Assembly: GCA_947623875.1 (NCBI GenBank) | Contig: CANQII010000001.1 | Span: 31,925-95,924, forward strand | Length of the DNA stretch: 64,000 bases | Origin: an uncultured Oscillospiraceae bacterium | GTDB taxonomy: Bacteria; Bacillota; Clostridia; Oscillospirales; Oscillospiraceae | Direction of reading: 5' to 3' | Shown here: one piece after another, positions 1-12,300 of the stretch | Position numbering within the stretch: the first letter of the stretch is position 1 | Layout of the letters: each line of letters begins with the position of its first letter | Made by a program: the position numbers and the translations under genes | The notes under the pieces: generated by a model | Database searches by the model: none | What the model was told of the DNA's origin: nothing | Seen by the model: only the letters and a program-made list of their open reading frames with translations

Positions 1-624
1 CGGGACCCGAAGTGCTGGCTGGGCCCCAACCTGCTGGGCTTTGCCCTGATGGAGGTGCGCAGCGCCCTGAAGGAGTCCAAAGAGGTGGCCCCGGAGGTGG
101 AGCCCATCGTGGTGGTCCACGGGGACATCACCAAGATGGATCTGGACTGCGTGGTGAACGCGGCAAACCGCACCCTGTTTGGCGGAAAGGGCGTGGATGC
201 CGCCATCAACAAGGCCGCCGGGCCGAAACTCCGCAAAGAGTATCTCAGCATGGGCGGCTGCCGGGTGGGGGAGGCCAAGATCACCAAGGCCTATAACCTG
301 CCCTGCAAGTGGGTGATCCACACCGTGGGCCCCACCTATGACGGAAGTCCCAACAACGCCGTGGAGCTGGGAGACTGCTACCGCAACTGCCTGGATCTGG
401 CCATGGAGCACAACCTCCACGCCATCGCCTTCCCGGCCATCTCCACCGGCTTTTTGGGCTACCCCCTGGAGGAGGCCGCCCATGTGGCCATCGATGCGGT
501 GCGCCGCTGGCGGGTGAGGAACCCGGACTACGACATGCACGTCACCTTCTGCTGCTTCGACACCAAGAACTTCGAGGCGTACAAGAAGATCCTGCCCAAT
601 GCCGCTATCGTGGAGCAGCAGTAG
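1..624 (+). CDS. NADAR-Macro domain fusion protein (5' end outside the window); ADP-ribose processing
   Basis: The frame is open from base 1. RDPKCWLGPNLLGFALMEVRSAL matches the NADAR/YbiA C-terminal motif W.G.NLLG.ALM.VR. It is followed by Macro motifs GDIT, VVNAAN..L.GG.GVD, IHTVGP and IAFPAISTG..GYP. Confidence 0.85.
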   Translation, partial: RDPKCWLGPNLLGFALMEVRSALKESKEVAPEVEPIVVVHGDITKMDLDCVVNAANRTLFGGKGVDAAINKAAGPKLRKEYLSMGGCRVGEAKITKAYNLPCKWVIHTVGPTYDGSPNNAVELGDCYRNCLDLAMEHNLHAIAFPAISTGFLGYPLEEAAHVAIDAVRRWRVRNPDYDMHVTFCCFDTKNFEAYKKILPNAAIVEQQ

Positions 625-747
625 CGGAGTGCGGGCTACCCGTTGATTTGCTACAGAATTGTGCTCTGTGTGAAGGCTTGCTTGAGCACAATACAATAGA
701 GAAGATACATACTTGGCCAGAACAGAGAGGAGGGCAGTGGCTCTTTC

Positions 748-2109
748 ATGACGCAAGACGAGAAATACCATTGGCTTACAACCGCACCGCTACCAGGCCT
801 CATCGGGCGGCTGGCGGTGCCCACTATCATCAGCATGCTCATCACCTCCATTTACAACATGGCGGACACGTACTTTGTGGGGGAGCTGGGGACCAGCGCA
901 CAGGGGGCGGTGAGCGTGGTGCTGCCCCTGATGAACGTGATCCAGGCCATCGGGTTCACCTTTGGCAACGGCTCCGGCAACACCGTCTCCCGGCTCCTGG
1001 GCCAACAGAAGCGGGAGGAGGCGGAGATTGTGGCCTCCACCGGGTTCTTCACCGGTGTTCTGGTGGGCGCGGTACTGATGATCCTGGGAGAGCTCTTTCT
1101 GGATCCCTTGGTGCAGGCACTGGGCGCCACAGAGACCATTCTGCCCTACGCCCGCTCCTACGCCAGATTCATCCTCATCGGCGCCCCCTACATGGTGGGC
1201 ACCTTCATCCTGAACAACCTGCTCCGCTTTGAGGGCAGCGCCACTTACTCCATGGTGGGCATCACCATCGGCGGCATCCTGAACATGGTCCTGGACCCCC
1301 TCTTCATCTTCGGGCTGCACCTGGAGGTGGCCGGCGCCGCCATCGCCACCATCCTGAGCCAGGCGGTGAGCTTTGTGATCCTGCTGGTAATGAAGACGGT
1401 GGGGAAGACCCTGCCCATCCGTTGGAGTAGGATCCGCTGGCGGAAGGGACCGCTGGGCACCATCATCCCCTGCGGCCTGCCCTCCATGTACCGGCAGGGG
1501 CTGGCCTCGATTGCCACCATCCTCTTGAACTGGGCCGCCAAGCCCATGGGAGACGCCGCCATTGCGGCCATGGGGATCGTAACCAAGGTGGCCATGTTCT
1601 CCAACGCCGCCAATATCGGCTTCGGCCAGGGCTTCCAGCCGGTGTGCGGGTTCAACTTCGGCGCCAAGCTGTATCACCGGGTGCGGGAAGCGTACTGGTT
1701 TTGCATCCGGGTGGGCATGATCGCCCTCGCCGTGATCGCGGCGGTGATCTTCGCCCTCTCTCCCCAGATCATCTACGCCTTCCAGCGCAACGACCCCGAG
1801 GTGATTGCCCTCGGCACCATCGCCCTCCGGTGCTCCATCGCGGTGCTGCCGCTGATGTCCTACATCACCGTGAGCAGCATGATGCTCCAGACAGTGGGGG
1901 AGAACGTGCCGGCCTCGCTCATCTCCGCTGCCCGGCAGGGGATCTTCTTTATCCCCGCCATTCTGATCCTGCCCCCGCTCTTCCAGTTCAACGGCGTGAT
2001 GCTGGCCCAGCCCATCGCGGACGTTCTCACCTTCCTGATGGCCATCCCCCTCACCCAGAAGTTCCTTGCCAAGATGAAGTATATGGAACAATCTGAGACG
2101 AAAACTTGA
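748..2109 (+). CDS. MATE family efflux transporter
   Basis: 453 aa, many hydrophobic segments, motifs IYNMADTYFVG, LDPLFIF, GAAIAT, GFNFGAK; GAGG RBS upstream. Confidence 0.92.
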   Translation: MTQDEKYHWLTTAPLPGLIGRLAVPTIISMLITSIYNMADTYFVGELGTSAQGAVSVVLPLMNVIQAIGFTFGNGSGNTVSRLLGQQKREEAEIVASTGFFTGVLVGAVLMILGELFLDPLVQALGATETILPYARSYARFILIGAPYMVGTFILNNLLRFEGSATYSMVGITIGGILNMVLDPLFIFGLHLEVAGAAIATILSQAVSFVILLVMKTVGKTLPIRWSRIRWRKGPLGTIIPCGLPSMYRQGLASIATILLNWAAKPMGDAAIAAMGIVTKVAMFSNAANIGFGQGFQPVCGFNFGAKLYHRVREAYWFCIRVGMIALAVIAAVIFALSPQIIYAFQRNDPEVIALGTIALRCSIAVLPLMSYITVSSMMLQTVGENVPASLISAARQGIFFIPAILILPPLFQFNGVMLAQPIADVLTFLMAIPLTQKFLAKMKYMEQSETKT

Positions 2110-2135
2110 TATCCATTTCAATCATTCAATCAATG

Positions 2136-2183
2136 AAAAGAAAAGAAGGCACAGAAATACTCTGTGCTTTCTTTTTGTTTTTT
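2136..2183. terminator. Bidirectional intrinsic terminator after the MATE gene
   Basis: aaagaaggcacaga-aatac-tctgtgctttcttt stem, with an A-tract on the left and a T-tract on the right. Confidence 0.8.
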
Positions 2184-2323
2184 GCGTAGAAATACCGAAT
2201 TATTAAAGAAAGATTATGCTTAGATGTACATGAAAATATTACAAGAAATATAGAAGAAAGACAAGGGATTGTCTTGGAGAATGCAACTCCACGACAGCCC
2301 CTTGCTCCTCAGCTTTGATGGAG

Positions 2324-2352
2324 ATTCTACCACCTCAACCGTTGAAAATCAA
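2324..2352 (-). promoter_or_regulatory. Sigma70/SigA promoter inside the invertible segment, pointing left
   Basis: The minus strand reads TTGATT-17 bp-TAGAAT, with an extended -10 TG (tgg TAGAAT). Confidence 0.7.
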
Positions 2353-2433
2353 TGGGTTTTAAAAAGATTTTGGCGCTGTTTTCACAAAATTTGCTGCCAT
2401 TTTCTAGCATTTGGGATGAGATTTGGGCCATCC

Positions 2434-2630
2434 GCCGTCAGATAAGCCGTCAAATGGGTTTGAGGCTGGAAAAGGCGTTGTCCTCGTAGGAAATACAAAA
2501 TGTGATTCAGATAGGCTCAGATGGGACAAATGTCCTCGCATCGAACACACAGCAACATTATTGGCAAAAGAATATGCTGCTGTCCTGCTAGGAGCTTCAA
2601 AGAATAAGCCGTCAAATAAGCCGTCAGAAT
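2434..2630 (+). repeat. Two tandem pairs of a 12-bp repeat (ataagccgtca[a/g]) inside the invertible segment
   Basis: gccgtcagataagccgtcaaat at 2434-2455 and ataagccgtcaaataagccgtcagaat at 2604-2630. Confidence 0.8.
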
Positions 2631-2798
2631 TCAGAATCTGTACGATATTGCACCAAAAGCCCGTGTTTTTAGACTTTTTTCTCCAATCTAAGCGCTATTT
2701 TGCCCATTTGTCGTGGAGTTGCATTCTCTACGACAATTTACCAGTAAATTACCAGCTTTCCTTTATTTATTGTAAATCAAAGAGAAGGAGGGGGTTTC

Positions 2799-3185
2799 AT
2801 GTCAATATACGTGCAAAAAAGACCACAGGTGTATCCGAAGGAGTTCAACCGCCTGCTGTCTGAAAATGCGAATATCCCAGAGGAAGAAGCGGAAATCTTA
2901 GCAGAGGCTTTCGTGGAGACAATTGTTGAATCACTGCTGCAGGATCGCTCAATTTGCTTTCCAGAGTTTGGAGTTTTTGAACTGCGGGAGATAACCAAGC
3001 GGATGGGGCGAAACCCAAGGACTATGGAGGAGTATGTCATTGAGGAATCTATGAAGCCTGTCTTTCGGCCATCAAAGGCGCTGAAAAGCGCGGTTGCTGA
3101 ATATGCGAAAGAACGGAAGATGAGTGAGGGCACAATCAAGGATCCATCACGGAATGGTGATTTCAGCACGGGAGGTGAGGACTGA
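2799..3185 (+). CDS. HU/IHF family DNA-binding protein
   Basis: FPEFGVFE...RMGRNPRT.E...I.....PVFRPSKALK motif; AGGAGG RBS. Confidence 0.88.
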   Translation: MSIYVQKRPQVYPKEFNRLLSENANIPEEEAEILAEAFVETIVESLLQDRSICFPEFGVFELREITKRMGRNPRTMEEYVIEESMKPVFRPSKALKSAVAEYAKERKMSEGTIKDPSRNGDFSTGGED

Positions 3186-3315
3186 AGAGAAACTCTGGGC
3201 TGGTGCTATAAGATCCAGCAATCAAGCGAAAGGGTATTCTTAGCACTGAAGTGCCCAAATTGCAATTGTACATATGGATAGATCTATTTTGCTATATCAC
3301 TGGAGGGAAGTATAC

Positions 3316-6300
3316 ATGAGACATATGAAACAGCAGAAGCTTCCACGCAGGTTCACTGCGTTATTGCTCTGCCTGTGCATGATCCTGTCAATGGTCAGCG
3401 GGTTAGGGCTGGTCACAACGGTAGCTTCTGGAGCGGGACCGACAGAGCATGTGGCGGGTACCCGCGTGGCCGACCCTAACACGATGGACGACTACCAGAA
3501 CCGCCTGCTGACGGCAGAAAACGGCTCCCGCTATGCCGGCCGGGTCTGGACGGACAAGACAGTGTTTGCCTATGGTGCTGACAAAGCCAACGGCGGCACG
3601 CTTAATAACGAAATCGTGCTGGACATGGCTACGGATGGCTATGTTGGCAATGTCGGCTTTAATGCTGACTTTGCCCATGTCTTCAGTGCGCTGGCCAGCT
3701 CTCAGGTGGTAAACGAGTATCCGCCGCAGCCGCTGGACGTCATGTTTGTCATAGATGTCTCTGGTTCCATGGGCAAGATTCCCAGCGGCGAAATTGCTAC
3801 AGAAGGCAATTTTGAGGAATCAGCTATCTATAAGGCTGTGGATTCAGTCAACAAAGCTATCACGCTGCTGCTCAAGGAGAATCCTCGTTCTCGGTTTGGT
3901 ATCGTAATCTATGGGTCTACAGCGGCTGTTTTCGTCCCGCTTGGATTTTATTCAAGCGGCGAGTTGGTAGCGACATGTGGCGAAGCATATGGGGGAACCC
4001 AGGGCCTACATTACACCCTGACCGCTACAGTGGTTCCTGCTGAAGAGATGCCGGATGGCAAAATTGTCAGTACAGAAAGCAAAAAGACATACTATGCCGG
4101 TAATGCTGGTAAAACCAGCAATGAAGTTCATAGCAAAAATGGTGATGGTAACCGCAAATTGGCTGGCACAAGTGGTCGTACAGATGGAGATGGTACCTTA
4201 GGCAACCCGTACCAGGTTGGGCACATTACGAATCCGCAGGCTGGCCTGGCAGCTGCCATGGACCAGTTTATCACAAATAATGAGAAGCTGACGTGGCATA
4301 CTGTTGTTGAAGATAGAGAGTATGCACGGCTTCCGGCCCTCATTCATTTGACAGACGGCCAGGCCTCTGATTTGGCTTGGATTCAGCCGACAGAAGAGAC
4401 AGGAGATGAGTGGCAGAAAACGGTCAGCAACTGGAACAATGTGAACTGGCAGTATGATCTGGCATATAATAGCAAGATCAATACTGAAATTGAAAAAGAA
4501 GCATCAGAGGATCTATACAATGCATCCCAATTGACGGGCTACGGCGACGCAGCACCGGTCATTTTCCAAACTCTGATGACAGCTTCGTATTATAAATCTG
4601 CTGTAGAAGCGTATTATAATAGTAGTGGCGCCAAGACCAGAGATGGGGAACCTGTATCTCTGCAATGCTTCTCGATCTACGCTAGTGACCAGGATAAATA
4701 TGAGGATTTGGACGATAATCAGGTCAAGGCAACAATAGATGCGATTCTATGTCCTGCAGAATATTTCAAAGATGATGCTGCCTATTCTGATAAAGATAGC
4801 GGAAAACTAACAAAGGAAGACTCGGTAAGATGTTATATTGACACTGCATATGAGCTATATAATGATTGGGTAAAAACAGGAAATGTAGAAGCAGCATTCA
4901 GCGAAAATACAACCAGCGCGAACAAGCCCGAAAATGACATTACAATTTCGCTGAACACACAACAATCTCAGCTGAAAAGCGGGAAATACAGCAACGAATT
5001 GTGGCATGATAAGATAGACGAGGATTCTATTGATAAGAATGTCAATTATGTGCCAAAGGGGAACTTTTATAAGACTGGATTTGAAGGCTTAGGCGACGTT
5101 TTCCAAACGGTTGTTGAGAAACTGCTCAATAGCGCGTTTGTGCCTATTTCAGGCAGCAACGATGCGGGGGTAGATGGCTCCATTACCTACCAGGATCCCA
5201 TTGGCGATTACATGGAGATCAAGAACCAGTCGATCACCGCAACGCCGCACCACACAGAAGGGGAGCAAGTATCTGAGACGGAGACGACTTACGATATGTC
5301 GATGCTGCTCTTTGGTGAGATGCATGGCCTTGTCCGCACCGGTGTCTATGACTTCCAGTGGAATGATAAGTGGATGGAAAGCAAATATCCAAACGATAAA
5401 GGCGGTAAGGCAATAACCCAGGGCTGGTACAAAGGAGAGCCGGAAGAAGCCATATACGGCGGAACCGACGAAGTACCGAAAGAATCAAACGGCACAGGCA
5501 CAGAACTATATAAAAGTGCTGCAGATGCCTGGGCGGCTGGATGGGTCTACCGTTTGAACTTCCAGACCCTGTCGCAGTATGTGCCCCTGGTGAATGCACC
5601 AGCGAAGCCAGAAGAGCTTTCGCCGCAGGCAAAGAACACTGTGTACACGCTATATCGTTTTGCTGGATCAGCTCAAAACCGAAATGCTCTTCGACGCAAC
5701 CCAATCTATGGCGAAGTGCCTGGCGAATTGGCGGCATCATGGGAGAAGTATGACACTAGCGGTAATTATCCGACAGATAACAGTACCTACGCATCAACCC
5801 CAGGTGTGTACCGCCTTTCCGATATCCGCGTCTGGGTAGAGGACACCGGAGACTACGTGAATGAGGAAGGCGCCATTACGCCTAACTCCGGCTATGACCG
5901 CTCCCTGTATGTCAACGTGCCGGCCGCAGCGATTCCCACGGAGCTTGCCACGATCACCATTGATGAAAATGGTAAAGTGCTGTCCTACGAGACCAACCTG
6001 GGGAGCGACCACGCCCCCAAGAATGGAGCAGAGATTTCGGATGGTGAAGGAGGCAAAAGAAAAGTCAATGATGAGGACTACATGAATTTCTGCTACCAAT
6101 CCACTCCGTTAAGACTCTTTTATGCAGTTGGCCTGGAGGAGGATGTGATCTTCCGGGATGATGATGGGAACCAGACTGGTGTGGATTTCAACAAGATTTC
6201 GGCGGAATATATCCAATCCCATACGGTTGAAGGGCAGAACTATGTCTGGTTTATCTCGAACTTCTACTCTGGGACTAAATACGGTGAATATGCCACCGAT

Positions 6301-9300
6301 GCCGAGAACTATACCCGCGGCGATCCCACTGTGACGTTCTCACCCGGCGCGGACAACCGCTACTATGTGTTCCAAAAGGCACTGCCACTGTATGCTCACG
6401 CCTACCGTTACGTAGGTGGTAAGCTCGTGCCGGTGGACCGGATCGATGGTCAGAGCTTTGGAGCAAACAAGCAAGGCAATAGCGGGACTACCTGGGAGAC
6501 CTATAATGGTAAACAGCAGAAGGCCAGCTCCTGGGATGGCGGCCAGTTTATGGGGACGTATGCAAACGAAGAGGCATTCCTCCAGACAGCGAAAAGCTCA
6601 GCTGATGGCAAAATCACAGACCAAAACGAGAACACGTATGACATTGTGGAAAACGGCATCGTGTTCCTTGAGGAAGACTTGCTGGATCATGTGACCTCGA
6701 ATGGCAGCAGCTATGCTGAGGGTTCGGTTTCCTTCTCTTCCGATGACTACTTCTTCATTTTGCTGGAGTTCTACATGCCTGATAAGGGCGTTGGCGTGGA
6801 CAATGAGAATCATGAAGTAGCAGGAACATCGAAAGGGCACATGGTGCAGTATGCCATTGCCAGAAAGGGAAGCGAGTTTGGCTCCGGCTATGCATCGGGT
6901 AACATCTCCAACGGCGACATGCTCTGCTGGGCGGATGCCAACGGCAACCTCAACGTGGAGTTTGCCTACGTGTCGCGCAGCGAGACCGGCGATAACACAC
7001 GCGGCGAGCCGACGTTTGACAAGCTGAAGAAAACCAATGGCGAGTTGAAGGAATACCTCCAAAGTACATGCAATCTCAGCGGCGCTGCTCTTGATGCGCA
7101 GGTGGACTATTGGACGAAGATGCAGAAGGACTCTGCGGTTCAAAAGGCTATGGAAGAGATTGATAGCGAGACAAAATTCAAAGAAAGGTTCAAATTCACA
7201 GTCGCGGCTAAGCCGGGAGGCATTCGCACCGGTGACATGTCAAACAACATTCAGGATAAAGAGGAAGAATACAATAGCGACAAAGGCACCACCGAGTTCG
7301 GAAAAACAAACACGTCTGCCACTTATTACCTGCCAACGGTCGCGGATGACTCCGGCGTAGGCGACGAAGTGATCATCAACAACTACCTGGGCAATAACGG
7401 CCGCCTGGAGATCGCCAACCAGATGCTTCATGTGACCAAGATGGTAGAGCTGCCGGATGGTACAGCAGTCCCGTCCGATGAGGAGTTCAACTATCAGATC
7501 TTTGTGCAAGGCGTCACAGGAAAGCGCTCGGCTGTCCGCACCTTGTACAATGAGTACAGCGGTACATGGGAGCGCCGTCTGGCCTACATTGATGTGCTCA
7601 CAGACAACAGCGACCTGTTGCTGGACAACAGCGATAACCGGGCGCTCTTCGAGTTGCAGGTAGATAGCACAGCCAAACAGGTGGTAGCAAACGAGGAAGG
7701 GCAGCTGGTCTATGCAGATGGGGACGGCAATCCTACGACTGACCAGTGTAGCGGTACCACCCTCTACTACCTGTACCTGAAGTCCAACGGCGAGCATACC
7801 CGCAGACTGTATCGGGATTCGGCATATGTGGATACCAATTTTAAAGACTTCTCGAAGAACGGTACTACCACGTTCTTTAAGGATGGAGACAGAGAGGAAA
7901 CAAGGTCGGAACCCGGGGCAGCAAACAGAGATAGCTATCGTATAGCGACTTCGGAGCGCCCTGCCGGCACCAGAACATACTGGGTGCTGGACGCGGTGTT
8001 GATCCCCAAAACTGAAGTTGAGGATGCTGAGAGTGCCGGGAATTGGACCTATAATGCGTCTGATTCCGGTCACGAAGCACTGAAGTATCACACGCTTGTG
8101 ATCCGCAAGCCAAATGATGAGACCAGTGAGACGGCGTTCTCGTCCCCCTACAAGACGCGGACTCAGTACATGACCACGGAACTGGATTTTGGAACCACGG
8201 CCAACGGAGATCAGCTGGCAGCGGAAGATCTGTATGACAGCATTATTCCCAGTGGAGACCGTCCGGATCTGTTTGCCAATCTCACAAATGATCAGATTGC
8301 GAAGAACACAGCGGAGTTCACACTGAAACATGGCGAGGGCCTGCTTCTCACCGGACTGGATAACCGGATTACCTATCGCTTTACGGAGAAGCTCACGCAA
8401 GCTCAGGTGGATTTTGGCTACTCTCTGAAAGAAGTCAGCCACATCCAGCAGCGCGGTTCTGAAAGTATTTATCGACCCGGAACCCAGCAAATCCCGATCT
8501 ACTCCTATGATGGCGCTATCTATGGTGGCCAGTATGGGACATATGCGAAATCCAAGACTGAGAACGGCCTGACCTGGGCGGTGGACACGAACGGGACACA
8601 CAACAACGAAAGCTACCGCCATATGGAACCCTTCGCCCACACCAATGCTGTCATGTGGGAGTACTACGCTACGATGGAAGCTGGTTCTTCTGGAAACCAT
8701 CACCAACCTTCTGGTGTTGAGCCAGAGACAGAAAATATGCAGATATGGGATCAGCACACTGCGAACTCATACACATCTACAGAAGTTCAACATACGGTTT
8801 CGAACAACCCCAACTGTGAAGTATGTGACGAACTGCTGTTAGACGGCTCTGGTTCTGTTCTCCACTACATGTATAAGGATGGCGAACTCGTTGACCCGCA
8901 CTACGAGGGTGAGGCTTCAACCTACTTGCGGAACATGGCCCGCTACGGCGTCAGCCCAACTGTTCACTTTGCCGTGACCAACGAGCCGGACACATCGATT
9001 GTCCCATCGACCCCGAACGATGATTACACAGGCGTGTATTCGGTGTTCGGTAACACGGGATGGTTCGAGGAGCAGGTTCACTTTGTAAACACCTATGAGC
9101 CGGACAAGAAAGAAACTGACCCAGGAGATGGCAAACAGGTACAGGTTGGCGACGAGATCACCTATGAGATCAGCTACTACAACATTACAGCGGATACAGC
9201 ACCTGTCATCATCGTGGATCGGCTGGATCCTGGTGTCGATTTTGTAAGAGCGACAGATGAAGGCTTCTACAGGTATTTTGACAAAGCTAGCACTGCGGAA

Positions 9301-12300
9301 TATGTGATTCGTGGAGATACAAAGTCTATAAAAGTGCCTGCTCACACCGTTGTTTGGGTTATGAATGACGTTGCACCCAATACAGGTGGAACAGTAACCC
9401 TTACGGTACGAGTAAACGAGAATGCAAAGAAACTCTGGCAATATGGGGACGACTATTTAGGTGAACGAGAGCAAGATCCTAAGGAAAACGATTTCGAGGT
9501 AGTAGACAAAGCCGGCGTTCAAGTGGGCAACGGACCCATGCTTTACACTGACCAGGTAGAAAACCCTGTAACAGAAAAGATTGAGTCGGATCCTGGCGAT
9601 GGCGAGACGGTAGAAGTAGGGGATGAAGTCACATATGAAATCAGCTGGCGCAACACGGAAGACGTCAGCCAGGAAATCATTGTGACAGACTGGCTGGACG
9701 ATGGCGTGGACTTTGTCTCTGCTTCGTTCAAAGACATCACGCTGACGACAGCCGGTGTAATCTCGGGATCTGTCGGCGAAGGGGAAGAAACCCAAGCCAT
9801 AACGATTGCATACGAGACGGGGCACAAGGTCACCTGGACGATCAAAAATGCAGCGCCCGGAGAGTATGGAACCGTAACCCTGAAGGTGAAAGTGAACGCC
9901 AACGCGGTAAAGAAATGGTCTTATCAAGGCGAATCTGGCGATGGTACGGCTGACGACCATGCGACTGATTGGAAGATCATCAACCGCGCCGAGGTCGACA
10001 TCGGGAACGACGACCACTTTGTCACAAAGCAGGTGGAAAACCCGCTCCAGGAGAAGACGGAAATTGATCCCGGAGACGGCAAACAGGTCTTGGTAGGTGA
10101 TACCATCACCTATGAGATCCAGTATCACAACAATACAGCCAAGACAGCCAGCATCACGATCATGGATACACTGGATCCGGGTGTGACATTTGATTCCGCC
10201 ACAGATGAGGGCGTGTACCATGGTGAGGCTGGTACGTTGGATGATGAAGAGGCACCTGGTTACGGTGAGACAATCCCTGCCCACAGCGTGGTTTGGGTGC
10301 TGAAAGACTTGGCGCCAGGCGCCAGCGGCACAGTTCAAGTCACCGTCCGCGTGAATGCGAGAGCGTTTGAGAATTGGCAATACAATGAAGACAACGGCAC
10401 ACTCACCAACGGTAATGGCAAAGACTATGAAGTTGTGAACAAGGCCAGCATCAAGGTCGGCGACGAGAACTGGCACTACACCAACGTGGTGGAGAACCCT
10501 GTCCCGGAGAAGACGGAGACTGACCCGGGTGCCGGGGAAGGCGTAGCCGTCGGGGATGAAGTCACCTACGAGATCGGCTGGCGCAATGCCACGAACAAAG
10601 ACCAGACGGTCACAGTGGAAGACTGGCTGGACGACGGTGTGGACTTTGTCTCTGCAGCTTTCAAAGACGTTGAACTGAAAGCAGGGAAAGAGACTGTCAC
10701 CTATACGATACCGAAGGGTGCCAGCGGCGAAGAGAACCAGACGGTCACCATCACTTACAGTGCGTCGGAGCACAAGGTCACATGGACGATCGACAAGGTC
10801 GCGCCTGGTGAGATCGGCACCGTGCAGCTGATCGTACGGGTGAATGAGAACGCGTTTATAAAGTGGTCTTACCCAGATAAGCAGGGAGACGGTACAGCCA
10901 ACCCGTATGAGCAGGACTACAAGATTGTCAACCGCGCAGAGGTCTGCATCGACAACGACCGCAAGGTGACGCCGGAAGTGGAGAATCCTGTGCTGGAGAA
11001 GACCGAGATCCATCCTGGCAGCGGTGAGCAGGTAGGCATCGGGGACCAGGTAGATTATTCCATCACCTGGAACAACTACGAGACCGAAACTGCTGATGTT
11101 ACAGTGCGTGATGCGCTGGATCCCGGAGTGGACTTTTTGAGCGCTAGCTTTGGCAGTGTCACTCTTAATGCATATGACCTGGATAGCGATACGAGTATTT
11201 ATAGCATTAGTGGCGATGCAAGCATCTATTATTATCTGGGAAATGACACATATGTGAAATGCCATGTTACCATCACTTACAATGGAAACAGCCATGAAAT
11301 TGTGTGGTTTATCGAGAATGTTCCTGCCGGGTACTGCGGAACAGTACAGTTCTCTGTGCAAGTAAACGAGAACGCTGACAAGGGGTACCGTTACGACAAT
11401 AACGGCAATATCCCATCGTATCCCGTTGGAGAAGATGACTACAAGATTCTCAACCAAGGCGGCGTAACGGTTGGAAATCATTCAGAGTACCTGACGAACA
11501 TCATCGAGAATCCCACAAGGCCCACATTTGTGCCAAAGGTGAAGAAAGTACTGGAAGGCGACCCACTACCGCTTGGGAATTTCACGTTTACCTTGGAAGA
11601 GAATCCAGGCAATCACCCTGGTGCTATTATGCCCGAGATAACAACTCAGACCATCAAAGGCTATGGTGAGGCCGAATTCGATGAAATCATCTTCACGGCA
11701 CCAGGCAATTACTCCTTCACAATCAGAGAATCCGTGTTGAATCCAGAGCCAGGATACACCTACGATGACAGCGTCTGGACCCTTACCGTGTATGTCGAGG
11801 GACCCGATGGAAAGTGGAAAGCATCTGGATACTATACTAAGGAAAGCGCAACAAGCGATACTGAAGCAACATTCACAAACGCATATGAAGAACCGAAACC
11901 TGAGACTGGCAGCCTCACTGTCAAAAAGACGGTTACAGGTGATACTGGAGACAAGACCAAGGAGTGGCATTTCACCGTTACCCTCAGTGACGGTACTGTT
12001 AACGGCAAGTTTGGCGGCATGACCTTCACCAGCGGTGTAGCCACCTTCACCTTGAAGCACGATGAGAGTGCCACTGCCACAGGCCTGCCCGCTGGTATCA
12101 CATACACAGTTGAAGAGACCGAAGCAAATCAGGACGGCTACGGGACAACCGTAACCAATGACACAGGAACCATCCCGACCAACGGAACTGCCACGGCTGC
12201 CTTTGTAAACGATAAGTCGGATGGAGAACCGCACAAGGTCGAAGTGACGCCAGGCGATGGTGAGGTCGTTCAGATAGGCGATGAAATTACCTATCGCATC

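Larger units (their letters stand above)
2269..2736. mobile_element. Candidate invertible DNA segment (inverton) bounded by inverted recombination sites
   Basis: Left site 2269-2297 is ttgtcttggag-AATGCAA-ctccacgacag; right site 2708-2736 is ttgtcgtggag-TTGCATT-ctctacgacaa. Perfect 20-bp inverted repeat at 2277-2296 / 2709-2728. Arms are palindromic and the asymmetric 7-bp cores are in opposite orientation. Confidence 0.75.

Noticed and set aside
2423-2863. 146-aa ORF across the switch region
   Set aside because: No RBS, overlaps HU out of frame and crosses the right recombination site; its KPSN repeats simply reflect the 12-bp DNA repeats.
9418-9427. gagaatgcaa, a partial match to the inversion site inside the adhesin
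   Set aside because: Only 10 bp and no palindromic arms; expected by chance.
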